A stretch of DNA of 53,307 nt, from positions 1 to 53,307 of the IMG/VR virus record IMGVR_UViG_3300048855_000082; one strand, written 5' to 3'. A program made the position numbers and the translations under genes. This document shows, piece after piece, positions 16,863 through 26,218 of the stretch. Origin of the DNA: a virus (taxonomy: Duplodnaviria > Caudoviricetes). Position 1 is the stretch's first letter, and the number at the start of each line of letters is the position of its first letter. The notes under the pieces were generated by a model. That model worked only from the letters and a program-made list of their open reading frames with translations, was not told where the DNA came from and made no database searches.

Positions 16863-19085
16863 CTACTGCGCTCCAGATAGGGATCGATAACCGACGTTGG
16901 TACTGACCTTCAGACCCGGCTGATCGGTTTTGGCCGGCTGAGGACGAACGCCGCGGGTGTCGCCCTCCAGCCGGATGACCAGTTCGCCGTTCAGCTGTGA
17001 CCTGTTTGAGCCGCCGGTAAGCAGGTTGCCCGGGGCCGGTAGAACGGCCCCCGGCAGAAGCGGTGTCGGCGTGCTCAGGCTCGGGCCAGCAACAGCGGCT
17101 ACAGGCTCGGCCTGCTGATTGATACCGGCTGCGATTCTTCTAAGCCCCTGTGTGCCGTCGTTGATCACGCCAGCACCCAAGGAAGTTGGGTCACTTTTCG
17201 AGAAGAAGTTGCTGACTTCCCCCGCTTTGCCTTTGACCCAGTCGGAAGCGGCACCCGCCTTGTCGCCAGCCCAGTTTCCGGCGTCCATCAACGGCTGGAT
17301 AAACGGGCGGATCTTCTCGAACAAGCCTTTGAAGTAGGCCACCAGCGGATCCCAGGCGGCAGTGACGATCTGCACCGGGTCGAATCCGATCTGCTCCTTG
17401 ATCCAACTCCACGCCGCCGACATCGTGTCTTTGATTCCAGTCCAGGCCGCTGCTGTCACCGCGCGGATAACATCCCATAACGCACTGAAGAACTCGGAGA
17501 GCGGTTGCCAATTGCGGGCCACGACCGTCATGGGCGCCCAATTAAAAGCCGATTTCAGGAAATCCATTACTGATCCGGCCGCGGCTTTGACGACATCCCA
17601 CAGAGCGCCGAGAAAGGTTCTGATCGGTTGCCAGTTGGCAACAATCTGCCCGATCGGGGACCACTTAAACGCTTCCTTCATCCAGCCCCAAACGGTCATC
17701 ACCGGTTCCTGAATATTCCGCCATACGTCCTCGAAGAACGGTGCCAGCGTCGACCAGTTGGAAACGATCAGGCCTACGGCTGCGGCGATGGCCACAGCGG
17801 CAATCCCGATAGGTGTGGCCGCGAAGGCCAGAGTCAGCAGGCGCGTGGCAACCATTGCCGCCATGGCACCGACCCGAATTGCGGTAAATGCAACGCCAGC
17901 CGCAGCCAAGCCTCTGACGAATACAGGGTTGGCCTGAATCAGGTCGCCCACCTGGCTGATGAAGGGCCGAAGCTTTTCGACTACCGCATTGAGCACGGGC
18001 AAGAACGCGTTACCGAGAGCGATGCCGGCTCGGCTCACCGCATTGCGCATGAGAGTGAGGTTGTTTTCAGTTGTGGCCGCGCGCGAAGCGTATTCGGCTT
18101 CCATTGAGCCGGCATATTGCGAGGCATCCCCTGTTTTCCTCAGGTTGCCCTTCAGCAAATCCAAGCTGGTCAGCAGCACACCGATAGCAGTCACCGACTC
18201 GGAACCGAATAGATTCGTGAGCAAGGCCGCTTGCTGCTCTTTAGGCACATCTTGGACTCTGCCGAGCACTTTCAAAATGGTACCCTGGGCGTCTTTCTGC
18301 ATGCCCGCCGCCACAGCTTTGGCATTCAGCCTCAACGATTTGAAAGCCTGCGCCTGCGACTTGGTTGCCGCGCCGCCTTTGACCAACGCCAGCATAAAAT
18401 TTTTGATGCCCGTGGCGGCCACATCCTGTTTGACGCCGACCCCTGCCATAGTCGCGCCAAGCGCTGCGATCTGACCAGAAGCGACACCCGCAATCGATCC
18501 CATGGGACCAATTTCGGTAACTATGTCCGAAATCTGCTTGGCGTTTGCCGGGCCGGTGTTGCCGAGATAGTTGATCTTGTCAGCGAGCCCCACCACCTCG
18601 GCCTGCGTCATTTTGAAGCCAGTCCGCCACTTCGCCATCATGTCGCCGCTTTCCTCAGCTGTCTGGTCGAAAGCGATGCCCATCTTGACCGCATCCTGAG
18701 CGAAGCCCAGCAGCTCGCCGCGACCGATGCCGGACTGCCCGCCAGCGGCGACGATCTTGGCGATGTCATTGGCGGCCATTGGCAGGCGCTCCGACATCTT
18801 GGTGATGTCTTCGCCCATTGCTTTGAATTGGTCGGGCGTGTCGAAATTGACGACCTTGCGCACGTCCGCCATGGCCGACTCGAACTGAATCGCCGCGCGC
18901 GTGCCCATGACGAAAGGTGCCGCCAGCGCACCGCCGGTGACCACGTCTCGGAAACTGATGTTGCCCAGGCCGGTGTTTTGCAATCCTTTACGAAAACCCG
19001 CCACGTTTTTGCGGATCCCGGCCAAGGTCGGCGACAGCTTGTCGACGCCGGTGATCAGCGCCTTGAGCTGAAATTGATCTGCCAT
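16863..19085 (-). CDS. Tail tape measure protein
   Basis: FESAMADVRKVV core, Ala-rich helices, Trp-periodic repeats. Confidence 0.93.
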   Translation of the reverse strand: MADQFQLKALITGVDKLSPTLAGIRKNVAGFRKGLQNTGLGNISFRDVVTGGALAAPFVMGTRAAIQFESAMADVRKVVNFDTPDQFKAMGEDITKMSERLPMAANDIAKIVAAGGQSGIGRGELLGFAQDAVKMGIAFDQTAEESGDMMAKWRTGFKMTQAEVVGLADKINYLGNTGPANAKQISDIVTEIGPMGSIAGVASGQIAALGATMAGVGVKQDVAATGIKNFMLALVKGGAATKSQAQAFKSLRLNAKAVAAGMQKDAQGTILKVLGRVQDVPKEQQAALLTNLFGSESVTAIGVLLTSLDLLKGNLRKTGDASQYAGSMEAEYASRAATTENNLTLMRNAVSRAGIALGNAFLPVLNAVVEKLRPFISQVGDLIQANPVFVRGLAAAGVAFTAIRVGAMAAMVATRLLTLAFAATPIGIAAVAIAAAVGLIVSNWSTLAPFFEDVWRNIQEPVMTVWGWMKEAFKWSPIGQIVANWQPIRTFLGALWDVVKAAAGSVMDFLKSAFNWAPMTVVARNWQPLSEFFSALWDVIRAVTAAAWTGIKDTMSAAWSWIKEQIGFDPVQIVTAAWDPLVAYFKGLFEKIRPFIQPLMDAGNWAGDKAGAASDWVKGKAGEVSNFFSKSDPTSLGAGVINDGTQGLRRIAAGINQQAEPVAAVAGPSLSTPTPLLPGAVLPAPGNLLTGGSNRSQLNGELVIRLEGDTRGVRPQPAKTDQPGLKVSTNVGYRSLSGAQ

Positions 19086-19258
19086 CAGTCCACCTGCAGC
19101 GTACGGTTGATGCGCTGAGCCTGCGCCAGCGATTCAAGAAAGATATCCAGCGGCCTGGCCATCATCTGTTCGGGGTCAACCTTCCAGAAGTACGCCAGGT
19201 CGTAGACCAGAGCGATCAGGTCGTCGAGGCTTTCGAGGCCGAGCTCATGAAAAAACCC
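19085..19258 (-). CDS. Tail assembly chaperone C-terminal (-1 frameshift) segment
   Basis: -1 frame reached through G GGT TTT slippery site; YDLAYFWK motif. Confidence 0.7.
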   Translation of the reverse strand, partial: GFFHELGLESLDDLIALVYDLAYFWKVDPEQMMARPLDIFLESLAQAQRINRTLQVD

Positions 19259-19518
19259 GCCACCATCCATGCCAGCGAATTGAGGTCTGCCAAGTCGAGT
19301 TGGTTGACCGCGGATGGTGGGATGGCTGCGCAGACGGCGATGTACTTGGCTGCAACATCGAGATCCAGGCAGACCGCTTCATCTGCGTCGATCTTGTACG
19401 GCAGCGCCTTGATCGCTCGGGCTTCCTGCGACGTCGGGCGGCGAATGTCCAACGCCGTCAGCTCTTCACCGTGCGCCTGAATGGGGAAACTGAGTTTGAA
19501 AGATTCGCTCACAGCCAT
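19216..19518 (-). CDS. Tail assembly chaperone (Mu gp41-like)
   Basis: LSFPIQAHGE, IPPSAVNQLDLAD; between tube and tape measure. Confidence 0.88.
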   Translation of the reverse strand: MAVSESFKLSFPIQAHGEELTALDIRRPTSQEARAIKALPYKIDADEAVCLDLDVAAKYIAVCAAIPPSAVNQLDLADLNSLAWMVAGFFMSSASKASTT

Positions 19519-19856
19519 ACCCCTTTGATGCCGTCGAACTGCATTTCAATAGTGCCCTCTTCGCCGTTCGAACTGGGCTGATCGACCAGGTAGGCGCCGG
19601 AGAGCGTGTAGACCTTGCCGTTCTGCAGTTCGGCGGTGATGGTCATGTTCGTGCCCTCGGTCAATGCCTTGAGCGGAAAGTTTGGCGTGTGCAGTGCGGA
19701 GAACTTGAGCCAGGGGGCTTTGTCCTCTTCCTTGTAGTAGCCGGGTACGATCGTCTCCCGGGTCTTGTCCATCAGCGGTGCTTCTACGCCGCCCTTCAAG
19801 GTCAACTGCGTGCCGTCGATCTTGACGTAGCAGGTACCTGCAACTTTCTGCCCCAT
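19509..19856 (-). CDS. Tail tube protein
   Basis: AGTCYVKIDG...ITAELQNGKVYTL; follows sheath. Confidence 0.9.
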   Translation of the reverse strand: MGQKVAGTCYVKIDGTQLTLKGGVEAPLMDKTRETIVPGYYKEEDKAPWLKFSALHTPNFPLKALTEGTNMTITAELQNGKVYTLSGAYLVDQPSSNGEEGTIEMQFDGIKGVWL

Positions 19857-19872
19857 GGGTGGGCCTCCAAAT

Positions 19873-19897
19873 GAAAAAGCCCGCGCGTGGCGGGCCT
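19873..19897 (-). terminator. Intrinsic terminator-like hairpin between sheath and tube
   Basis: rc AGGCCCGC-cacgc-GCGGGCTTTTT. Confidence 0.55.
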
Positions 19898-19913
19898 GGA
19901 TGATGGGACAGCG

Positions 19914-21413
19914 TTATGCCGCGTCAGCGGTGTACTGCTGACGGAACTGGTTCAGGAGCGCAAAGATGCGCAGCCCGTTCACGAAGTCAGGCGGATACAG
20001 CACATTCACCCGGCTCGGATTGTTGCTGTCGCGCTCGACGATCAGGTGCTGCTGGAACATCTCGGAGTTCTCCACATGCCCGTCGCGTTCCATGTTGCCG
20101 TACTCGCTGATCAGCTCGCCCCTGATCACATTGGGGGTGACGATGGGTTGGCCGTCGCCGAACTGAGTGCCGTCGTTCGCCAGCTTGTGTCGACCGTATT
20201 TGCTGGTGATGATCGACTTGAGCCGGCGCACGATGTACGCCATCTGATGCATGGTCTCGCTGTCCAGATAGGAGTCATCCGGCTGACCGTACGCGTTCTT
20301 CTGATAGGTGGTGATCGCGCGCTGAATGCGCATGTAGCCACCTTCGTAATACAGGGTTGCGATGCCGTACTGCAGCAGCGACTGGTATTCGTTGAGCATG
20401 AACCGGCTGCCTTCGGGTGCCGGGTCAATCCCAACAAGCGCGCCGGTCTGGGTAGGCCGGCTGGCATCAGCCGAGATGAAGACGGCTTGCCGCGCCGCCG
20501 CTGCAGCCGCGACTTGCCAAAACGGCTGGGGAACGCCAGTTTCAAAACCGAAGATGGTTACGTGCTGATCATTGCGTGCCTGACCGGCCGCGACCAGAAC
20601 GCCCAAAGTGCCGCGCATCGCGCTGAACACATGGCCGTAAAGCTGCTTGGCCCAAGACCAGCGCCCGCTCATGTCGTTCATCGCTGTCTTCCACGCATTC
20701 AGCGTGGTCGTATCGCTCCACGGCACGCAGAGAAACTCGAACGGAGCATCGCCTAGCGCGGCCAGCGCAGCGGTTGGGTCAGGCGATCCAGCACCACCGG
20801 CAAGAACAGTCACAGCAGCAGTAAGACCGGCAGGCGTCATCTCGCCATTGCTTTGCCCCAAGCGGTTCAGGACCAAGCTGATGTCGTTGGCGGATGCGCC
20901 TTTCCACTTGGACGTCAGCGTGACGTCGCCAGCGTCCGCGGTAGCCGAAACTGGAAGATCGGCCGCGGCGTTGATCTTGGTAGCCAACGTAGCGGCAGCC
21001 ACAGCGGCCGCACTTCCGGAAGGAATGCTGGCCTGTACGCGATCACCACCAACGTAAAGGTTGATGAGACCGGCCTCTGTCGAGGTGCCCGTGAAGGACA
21101 CCTTGCCAGTCGCCACAGAGCCTGCATCAGCCTTCAGCGGTAAGCACCAGATCTCGCCAACCGGATCGTTTTCGCGCCAGACGCTGTACATGGCTCCAAG
21201 CATCGAACCCTGACCGCCAATGGCCTTTGCCTGCGCAAGGCTGGAGACCAGAGTCAGCTTGCCGATTTGTGCGGCAGTCGATGCATCGTTGACCTGGCCA
21301 ACGATCAAACGGCGCAGCGTGCTCGGCGCGCTGTTTGCCATCGAGTTATCCATCTCCGCATAGAACAGCGGAACGCGGATGTCTTGCGGGATTTGCTGAA
21401 AACCTACGCTCAT
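19914..21413 (-). CDS. Contractile tail sheath (Mu gpL-like)
   Basis: IRVPLFYAEMDNS, GQGSML, RAITTYQKN, KYGRHKLA. Confidence 0.95.
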   Translation of the reverse strand: MSVGFQQIPQDIRVPLFYAEMDNSMANSAPSTLRRLIVGQVNDASTAAQIGKLTLVSSLAQAKAIGGQGSMLGAMYSVWRENDPVGEIWCLPLKADAGSVATGKVSFTGTSTEAGLINLYVGGDRVQASIPSGSAAAVAAATLATKINAAADLPVSATADAGDVTLTSKWKGASANDISLVLNRLGQSNGEMTPAGLTAAVTVLAGGAGSPDPTAALAALGDAPFEFLCVPWSDTTTLNAWKTAMNDMSGRWSWAKQLYGHVFSAMRGTLGVLVAAGQARNDQHVTIFGFETGVPQPFWQVAAAAAARQAVFISADASRPTQTGALVGIDPAPEGSRFMLNEYQSLLQYGIATLYYEGGYMRIQRAITTYQKNAYGQPDDSYLDSETMHQMAYIVRRLKSIITSKYGRHKLANDGTQFGDGQPIVTPNVIRGELISEYGNMERDGHVENSEMFQQHLIVERDSNNPSRVNVLYPPDFVNGLRIFALLNQFRQQYTADAA

Positions 21414-21607
21414 TTGGTCGAAACCTCTTTAGCGGCCGGGTTTTTGGCGGGCGCGCTGTCATCTTTGACGGTGACGTCGCCATCGTTAACACGGCGGCGC
21501 CAGTAGATATCGTCCGGCACCTCGCGCCCCTCGCCGGGAAGCAGCTCCCCGGTTTCCGGATCCGGCACCGCGCGGCCTTTAGCCGGTACCACGGTAATGC
21601 GGTTCAT
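21410..21607 (-). CDS. DUF2635 small tail protein (Mu gp38-like)
   Basis: GRAVPDP...LLP.EG.EV...YWRRR..DGDV. Confidence 0.85.
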   Translation of the reverse strand: MNRITVVPAKGRAVPDPETGELLPGEGREVPDDIYWRRRVNDGDVTVKDDSAPAKNPAAKEVSTK

Positions 21608-22191
21608 GGCATGTCCTCTCTGATTTGAACTTCAATGCGCCCATCCGGGCCGGGGTACTTCAGGTTGCGGTCTGCCGGATCGATGCAGTCCACGTTGATG
21701 TCCATGCCTTCCAGCCTAGGCAGGCCGTCGAGCTCCAGTTCATGCCAGGTTTCGGCAGGATCTGTATCGGCGTTGCGCCCCAACTGGAATGCGGTAACGA
21801 ACGAATAGCGGTAGATCACCAGCGCGCGGTCGATCTGGACCAGGTCGCCACCGTCGTAGGTGATGGGTTCGTATTCGATGCCTGGCTTCCAGCCCACCAA
21901 GGCCCGCCACAACTCGGCGCGGATGTCGTGGAGCACGTCCACCGCCAGTTGTCCGCGCTGATCCTTGGCGTCCAGAATGACCACTACGTCGAACGCGTCC
22001 GTAATGTCTTGCCGGATGCCGTTCTGCAGGTCGTTGTCCGTCGCGTCGTCACCGGTAGCGATGACGAAAGCGCCAGGGCGGTCGACCTGCTGGCTGGCTT
22101 TCACCGCGTCGAAGTCGATGCCGCCCGCCACGCGACCACCGAACAGCGGGCAGTGCTGACGCAGGTGCAGCACCACAGGAGTGATTTTCAT
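21604..22191 (-). CDS. Tail terminator / completion protein
   Basis: Synteny; GRVAGG, ELWRALVGW. Confidence 0.8.
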   Translation of the reverse strand: MKITPVVLHLRQHCPLFGGRVAGGIDFDAVKASQQVDRPGAFVIATGDDATDNDLQNGIRQDITDAFDVVVILDAKDQRGQLAVDVLHDIRAELWRALVGWKPGIEYEPITYDGGDLVQIDRALVIYRYSFVTAFQLGRNADTDPAETWHELELDGLPRLEGMDINVDCIDPADRNLKYPGPDGRIEVQIREDMP

Positions 22192-22206
22192 TGGTGGTCT
22201 CGTTGG

Positions 22207-22668
22207 TCAGCGCAGAGCGGCAGCAAAGGCCTGCTTGAGAATGGAGCGAACGGTGTCGTTGCTGTTGTTGAGCGCGTGGACCATGTAGTTCTCACGCGGC
22301 TCGATGCGCCACGCCCCGGTTGCTTCCTGCTTTTTATGGGACTTGCCACGCTTGGCGCCGCGGCGCACGCCGTACCAGAGATACGCCGGGTAAAAGTCCT
22401 TCATGTCGGCGGTCTTCTGCGGTTCGATCTTCACCAGGAAGCCGGCACGGCTGACCCGGTATGTGATCGAACGGCGCAGTCTGCCTTTGCGCATGCCGGG
22501 GTACTGGCCTTTGCCTGACACTGCGCGCTTGCTGACCAGCTTTCGGCCCTCGGCGCGCACCAGCACGCCGGCCTTGCGCATGGCCTTGCGAATTTCCTTC
22601 TTGTCGAAATCAAGCTTGCCGTAGCTGTCGAACTCGCCAAAGTGAAGGTAAGCAGCAGGTCTAGCCAT
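22207..22668 (-). CDS. Neck/tail completion protein (HK97 gp10-like)
   Basis: Basic protein, GRLRRSI, YPAYLWYG, PRENYM; synteny. Confidence 0.75.
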   Translation of the reverse strand: MARPAAYLHFGEFDSYGKLDFDKKEIRKAMRKAGVLVRAEGRKLVSKRAVSGKGQYPGMRKGRLRRSITYRVSRAGFLVKIEPQKTADMKDFYPAYLWYGVRRGAKRGKSHKKQEATGAWRIEPRENYMVHALNNSNDTVRSILKQAFAAALR

Positions 22669-23023
22669 ACAAGCTTCCTCCCGGCTGGTCCATGCCGAGG
22701 TCCTCGACTTCCAGCACAGTGAATTTGTGCGCACCATTCATGTCGGTCGCGCGGCTGACCCGGTAGACGACGTCTCCGTGCACCACCTCAAAGTCGACAG
22801 GCAGCACACCCAGATACCGCAAGGTTATGCGGTGGGTGATCTTGGAATCGGTCTGAACACTGTCGTGGTAAATGGCAGTGCCAACCGGCTCTATGCGAGC
22901 CCAGCGCTTTTTTTCTCCACTGAACTGCGATACCAGACCACCGCCATCGGCAGGAGCATCTGAGCGCCTCCGCAGGGTGACGCGGCGGTTCAAGTCGCCG
23001 GCACCAGGTTCAGACATAGCCAT
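22661..23023 (-). CDS. Head-tail adaptor / head closure
   Basis: AGDLNRRVTL, WARIEP, THRITLRY. Confidence 0.85.
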   Translation of the reverse strand: MAMSEPGAGDLNRRVTLRRRSDAPADGGGLVSQFSGEKKRWARIEPVGTAIYHDSVQTDSKITHRITLRYLGVLPVDFEVVHGDVVYRVSRATDMNGAHKFTVLEVEDLGMDQPGGSLYG

Positions 23024-23508
23024 CAGACCCCCATCTGCACACGATAAGGTGCGAGCAGAAACCTCGAACCTTGCGGCAGGGCAACCGCGGTCATTGTCCC
23101 GGCACCTGCCACAACATCCTCTCGGTTGGTATAGAGGTGCCCCAAGATGAGGAGGCACGCAGCCTGAATCGCGGGAGTGAGTACGATGCCCAGGCTCATC
23201 GCTTCCGACTGAGTGATCGCATCTTTGAGACCGTAATCAGCAATTTCAAGCGCGGACAACCGATCCTCCTCGTGATAGCTGAACTCCGCAGCCGCAATCG
23301 CTGCGCCATAGCGGATTCTGGCCTGTAAACGCAGATCCCAAGCGGAGGCGCGGCCTGCGACCATAGCGGGAGCATCCGCATACACACGGCGACCCATGAA
23401 GTTGCAAGCCGCCTCCTCTGCCGCGTCCAGCAAGCCTTGAATGAAGTCGCGATCATCGTCCTCGGCGCGCAGGTGCTCGATCGCCACCTCGATACTGATC
23501 GCGGACAT
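23023..23508 (-). CDS. Head-tail connector (gp6-like)
   Basis: EHLR, AAEE.A..FMGR, ACLLILGHLYTNRE, LLAPYR. Confidence 0.9.
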   Translation of the reverse strand: MSAISIEVAIEHLRAEDDDRDFIQGLLDAAEEAACNFMGRRVYADAPAMVAGRASAWDLRLQARIRYGAAIAAAEFSYHEEDRLSALEIADYGLKDAITQSEAMSLGIVLTPAIQAACLLILGHLYTNREDVVAGAGTMTAVALPQGSRFLLAPYRVQMGV

Positions 23509-23511
23509 TGC

Positions 23512-23937
23512 TTACTCCTGAACGGGCTCGTCCGACTCGATCGGCGGTGAATCTTCATCCGCGATCAACAGCTCGGTGGTTGAAGCGATTGGCGTTTCCG
23601 GTGCATCAGCAGAGGCTGACTGCGCGGCCGCCACCAGTTTTGCGAGTTCGGTTTCGGCTTCATCTCGCTTGCCGATGAAGTCGCCGACTTGGGCACCGTG
23701 GGCGTCAGCGACAATCCAGCGCTGCCCCTTCTTAGCGATCTTCAACGCAAGGGTCGTGTCAGCTTTGGCCGGCAGGCCCAGGGCCGCTGCGCCCTCTTCG
23801 CTCACGATCTGGCACAGCTTGAGCTGTTCCAACTCCTTCGCGAGCCATACCGGCGCCGCGTAAGGCTCGTTATCAACGTCGCGGATGGTGCCGCGGTCCT
23901 CGTAGGCCCGCAGCGGCTTGATCAGTACATCTCGCAT
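23512..23937 (-). CDS. Hypothetical head-region protein
   Basis: GAGG RBS; located between capsid and connector. Confidence 0.65.
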   Translation of the reverse strand: MRDVLIKPLRAYEDRGTIRDVDNEPYAAPVWLAKELEQLKLCQIVSEEGAAALGLPAKADTTLALKIAKKGQRWIVADAHGAQVGDFIGKRDEAETELAKLVAAAQSASADAPETPIASTTELLIADEDSPPIESDEPVQE

Positions 23938-23985
23938 ATGTCACCTCGATGGGACGGCGCCGCCGCCCCATTTCAGGGGTTGGGT

Positions 23986-25362
23986 TTAAGCAGCTGCAGC
24001 GAGCTTGCCGGTGACGAACGCTTCGGTACGGTAGATGGCGAAGGCCAGGCGCTCTTCGGCGCGAAGCGTGACCATGTTGTTCTCGAAGTCCTTGTCGTTT
24101 TCGGTAGAGATCAGCACCTCCACTTCCATCCGGTCAAAGATCTGCGCGCCCAACTTGAAGGCACCAACCAGGAAGTCGTTTGCCTTCATCGCCTGAGTGG
24201 CTACGACAGGGCGGTTCCACAAGCGAGCCGCGGTGCCGTCTTGCGGCTGGCCGATCAAGTAGCGACCGGTGTCGTCCTTGAGCAGATCGATCAGTGCCCA
24301 GTCAGTTGGGTTCAGCACGATGCCATCGGAAGGGAACTCAGCCAGCTCGGCTTGCAGCAGAGCCAGACGCAGGCGGTCGATGCGCTGCTCGCCGGTGGCA
24401 CTCCAGCCCGCTGGAGCGGCGTAGATGTTTGCCAAAGGAACCAGACCTTGCAGGTTTGCACCAGCGCCGCTGCCGTAAAGCAGCTGGGCTTCCTCGGTCA
24501 ACAGCAGGCCATAGCGAGCACGGGCATCGATATAGCTTTGCAGCGCTTTTGCATCGTCGAGAATCTGACGAGACGCCTTGAACAGGTGCGCGATGGTGCG
24601 GACCGACGCCGTGATCAGCGCGGTGGTGATTTCGGAGTAAGGCTTCGCAGCCCCTTCCGCCACGATTGCAGCGTTGTTGGTGAAGCCAGTCTCGCGCACG
24701 TACTCAAGCGAGCCTGCTTCGGTCTGCCCAGGCGCGACCAAGTCACGGATGGTTGCCCGGCGCACACCCGGCAGAGCAACAGTGTCCAGGCGCTCGGTAG
24801 CAGCGAGGCCACCAGCGGAGGTGGTGGTAATTGCGGCGCGCGGTACAGAAACGCGACGAGAGCCGCGGAAGGACGAGTTGACACCTTCCATTTGATCGCT
24901 GGCAACGAACAGTTCACCGGCGGATTTAGGCGGGTCGTTGCGCTGAGTGTCGCGGTTGGCATTGACCAGCTTCTGCTCGGCCTCAAGCACGCGGGCTTGG
25001 AGCTCGCCCTGCTTCATCAGCAGTTCGTCGACCTTGGCAGACGTTTCCTTGCTCAAGCCCTCGTGGCGTTCAACGTGCTTCTGCGCCGTCTCGGCATGCG
25101 CTTTGAGCTGATCGCCGATGTCCTTGAGGTTGGCCTGGGTTTCCCTGTACTGGGTTTCGATGTCGGCCTCACCGATCTTGCCCATCTGGGCATTCCAGCC
25201 GGTGTAGCGGGAGGCACCGCGCTTAACGAGCGTGGTCGCGAACCCGACCAAAAAAACCGCACCGCCGATGGCTTGGGGGGTTACGCCGAAGGTCAGCGGA
25301 ATCATGGCAGCGATGGCCAGCACCGCCATCAAGAATGCCGGGGACAGACGAAATTTCATCAT
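23986..25362 (-). CDS. HK97-fold major capsid protein with hydrophobic N-terminal extension
   Basis: YVRETG, RTIAH...SRQILDDA, NPTDW, AEERLAFAIYR; coiled-coil delta domain; GAGG RBS before ATG 25362. Confidence 0.95.
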   Translation of the reverse strand: MMKFRLSPAFLMAVLAIAAMIPLTFGVTPQAIGGAVFLVGFATTLVKRGASRYTGWNAQMGKIGEADIETQYRETQANLKDIGDQLKAHAETAQKHVERHEGLSKETSAKVDELLMKQGELQARVLEAEQKLVNANRDTQRNDPPKSAGELFVASDQMEGVNSSFRGSRRVSVPRAAITTTSAGGLAATERLDTVALPGVRRATIRDLVAPGQTEAGSLEYVRETGFTNNAAIVAEGAAKPYSEITTALITASVRTIAHLFKASRQILDDAKALQSYIDARARYGLLLTEEAQLLYGSGAGANLQGLVPLANIYAAPAGWSATGEQRIDRLRLALLQAELAEFPSDGIVLNPTDWALIDLLKDDTGRYLIGQPQDGTAARLWNRPVVATQAMKANDFLVGAFKLGAQIFDRMEVEVLISTENDKDFENNMVTLRAEERLAFAIYRTEAFVTGKLAAAA

Positions 25363-25373
25363 GGTGTGAAGCC

Positions 25374-26216
25374 TCACGCAGGAATTGAGAAAGAGAGTTT
25401 TGGCAGGGGTGCAAGGTCGAGCTCGACAGCGCGAGGCTTGTCGGACGAGGTAGCGTGATGCTTACCCCCGCCAGCAGCGCGCGGCGTGCTGGACTTGAAA
25501 TTCGCGAAGAGTTCGCGGCGTTCGCTGCGGGCCATTCCCGCCTTGGCCAGAGCCACATCCATGGCCTTAAGCGCGTTGCTTTGCTGGGTCTGCTCGTCTT
25601 CCCGCTCGGTGATTTCGTCGGATGAAAGCAGTCCGGTCGCGAAACCGAGTTCCACCGCCCGCTTACCGCGGATGAAGGTCTCGTCATCCAGCATCTCGGT
25701 GATGTCGGCGACTGCTTGGCCGCTGCCCTCGGCGTACAGATCAGCCATTGCCGCGTCGAACTCTTCCATGGTGTCTGCGGTGTTGCGCAGGTCGTGGCGG
25801 TTGCCGACGGCAACGGTCCAGCAGTTGTGGATCATCAGAAAGCCGCTACTTGCGACCTCGCGCTTTTCGCCCGCCATATAGATGACCGAGGCCGCGGAGG
25901 CGGCCAGCCCCAGCACTTTGGTGGTGACCGCCTGGGTGTGTTCGCGAAGCCGGTTGTAGATGGCCAGGCCTTCGAACATGTCACCGCCCGGCGAATTGAT
26001 ATAAACGTCGACCGGCTTGTCGCCAATGGACCGCAACGCCGCGTCGATGCGCGAGACGGTCACGCCTTCCCCGTACCAGTCCTGGCCGATTACACCGTAG
26101 ATGGTGATGGTATCGTTGGTTGACTCCACGGCCGCCTTGATGGCCGGGTTCCATCTGTCGAGCGCACGCGGGCTCAGCTCGCAGTTGAAACTGCCAGCTT
26201 TGGATTTTGGTTGCAT
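25374..26216 (-). CDS. ClpP-type (S14) head maturation protease
   Basis: INSPGGDMFEG, GLAASAASVI, LMIHN; AAGGA RBS. Confidence 0.93.
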   Translation of the reverse strand: MQPKSKAGSFNCELSPRALDRWNPAIKAAVESTNDTITIYGVIGQDWYGEGVTVSRIDAALRSIGDKPVDVYINSPGGDMFEGLAIYNRLREHTQAVTTKVLGLAASAASVIYMAGEKREVASSGFLMIHNCWTVAVGNRHDLRNTADTMEEFDAAMADLYAEGSGQAVADITEMLDDETFIRGKRAVELGFATGLLSSDEITEREDEQTQQSNALKAMDVALAKAGMARSERRELFANFKSSTPRAAGGGKHHATSSDKPRAVELDLAPLPKLSFSIPA

Positions 26217-26218
26217 GG

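Noticed and set aside
23689-25458. 589-aa plus-strand ORF (also 28436-29530, 18231-19118, 19887-20756)
   Set aside because: Antisense shadows of high-GC structural genes with no recognisable motifs
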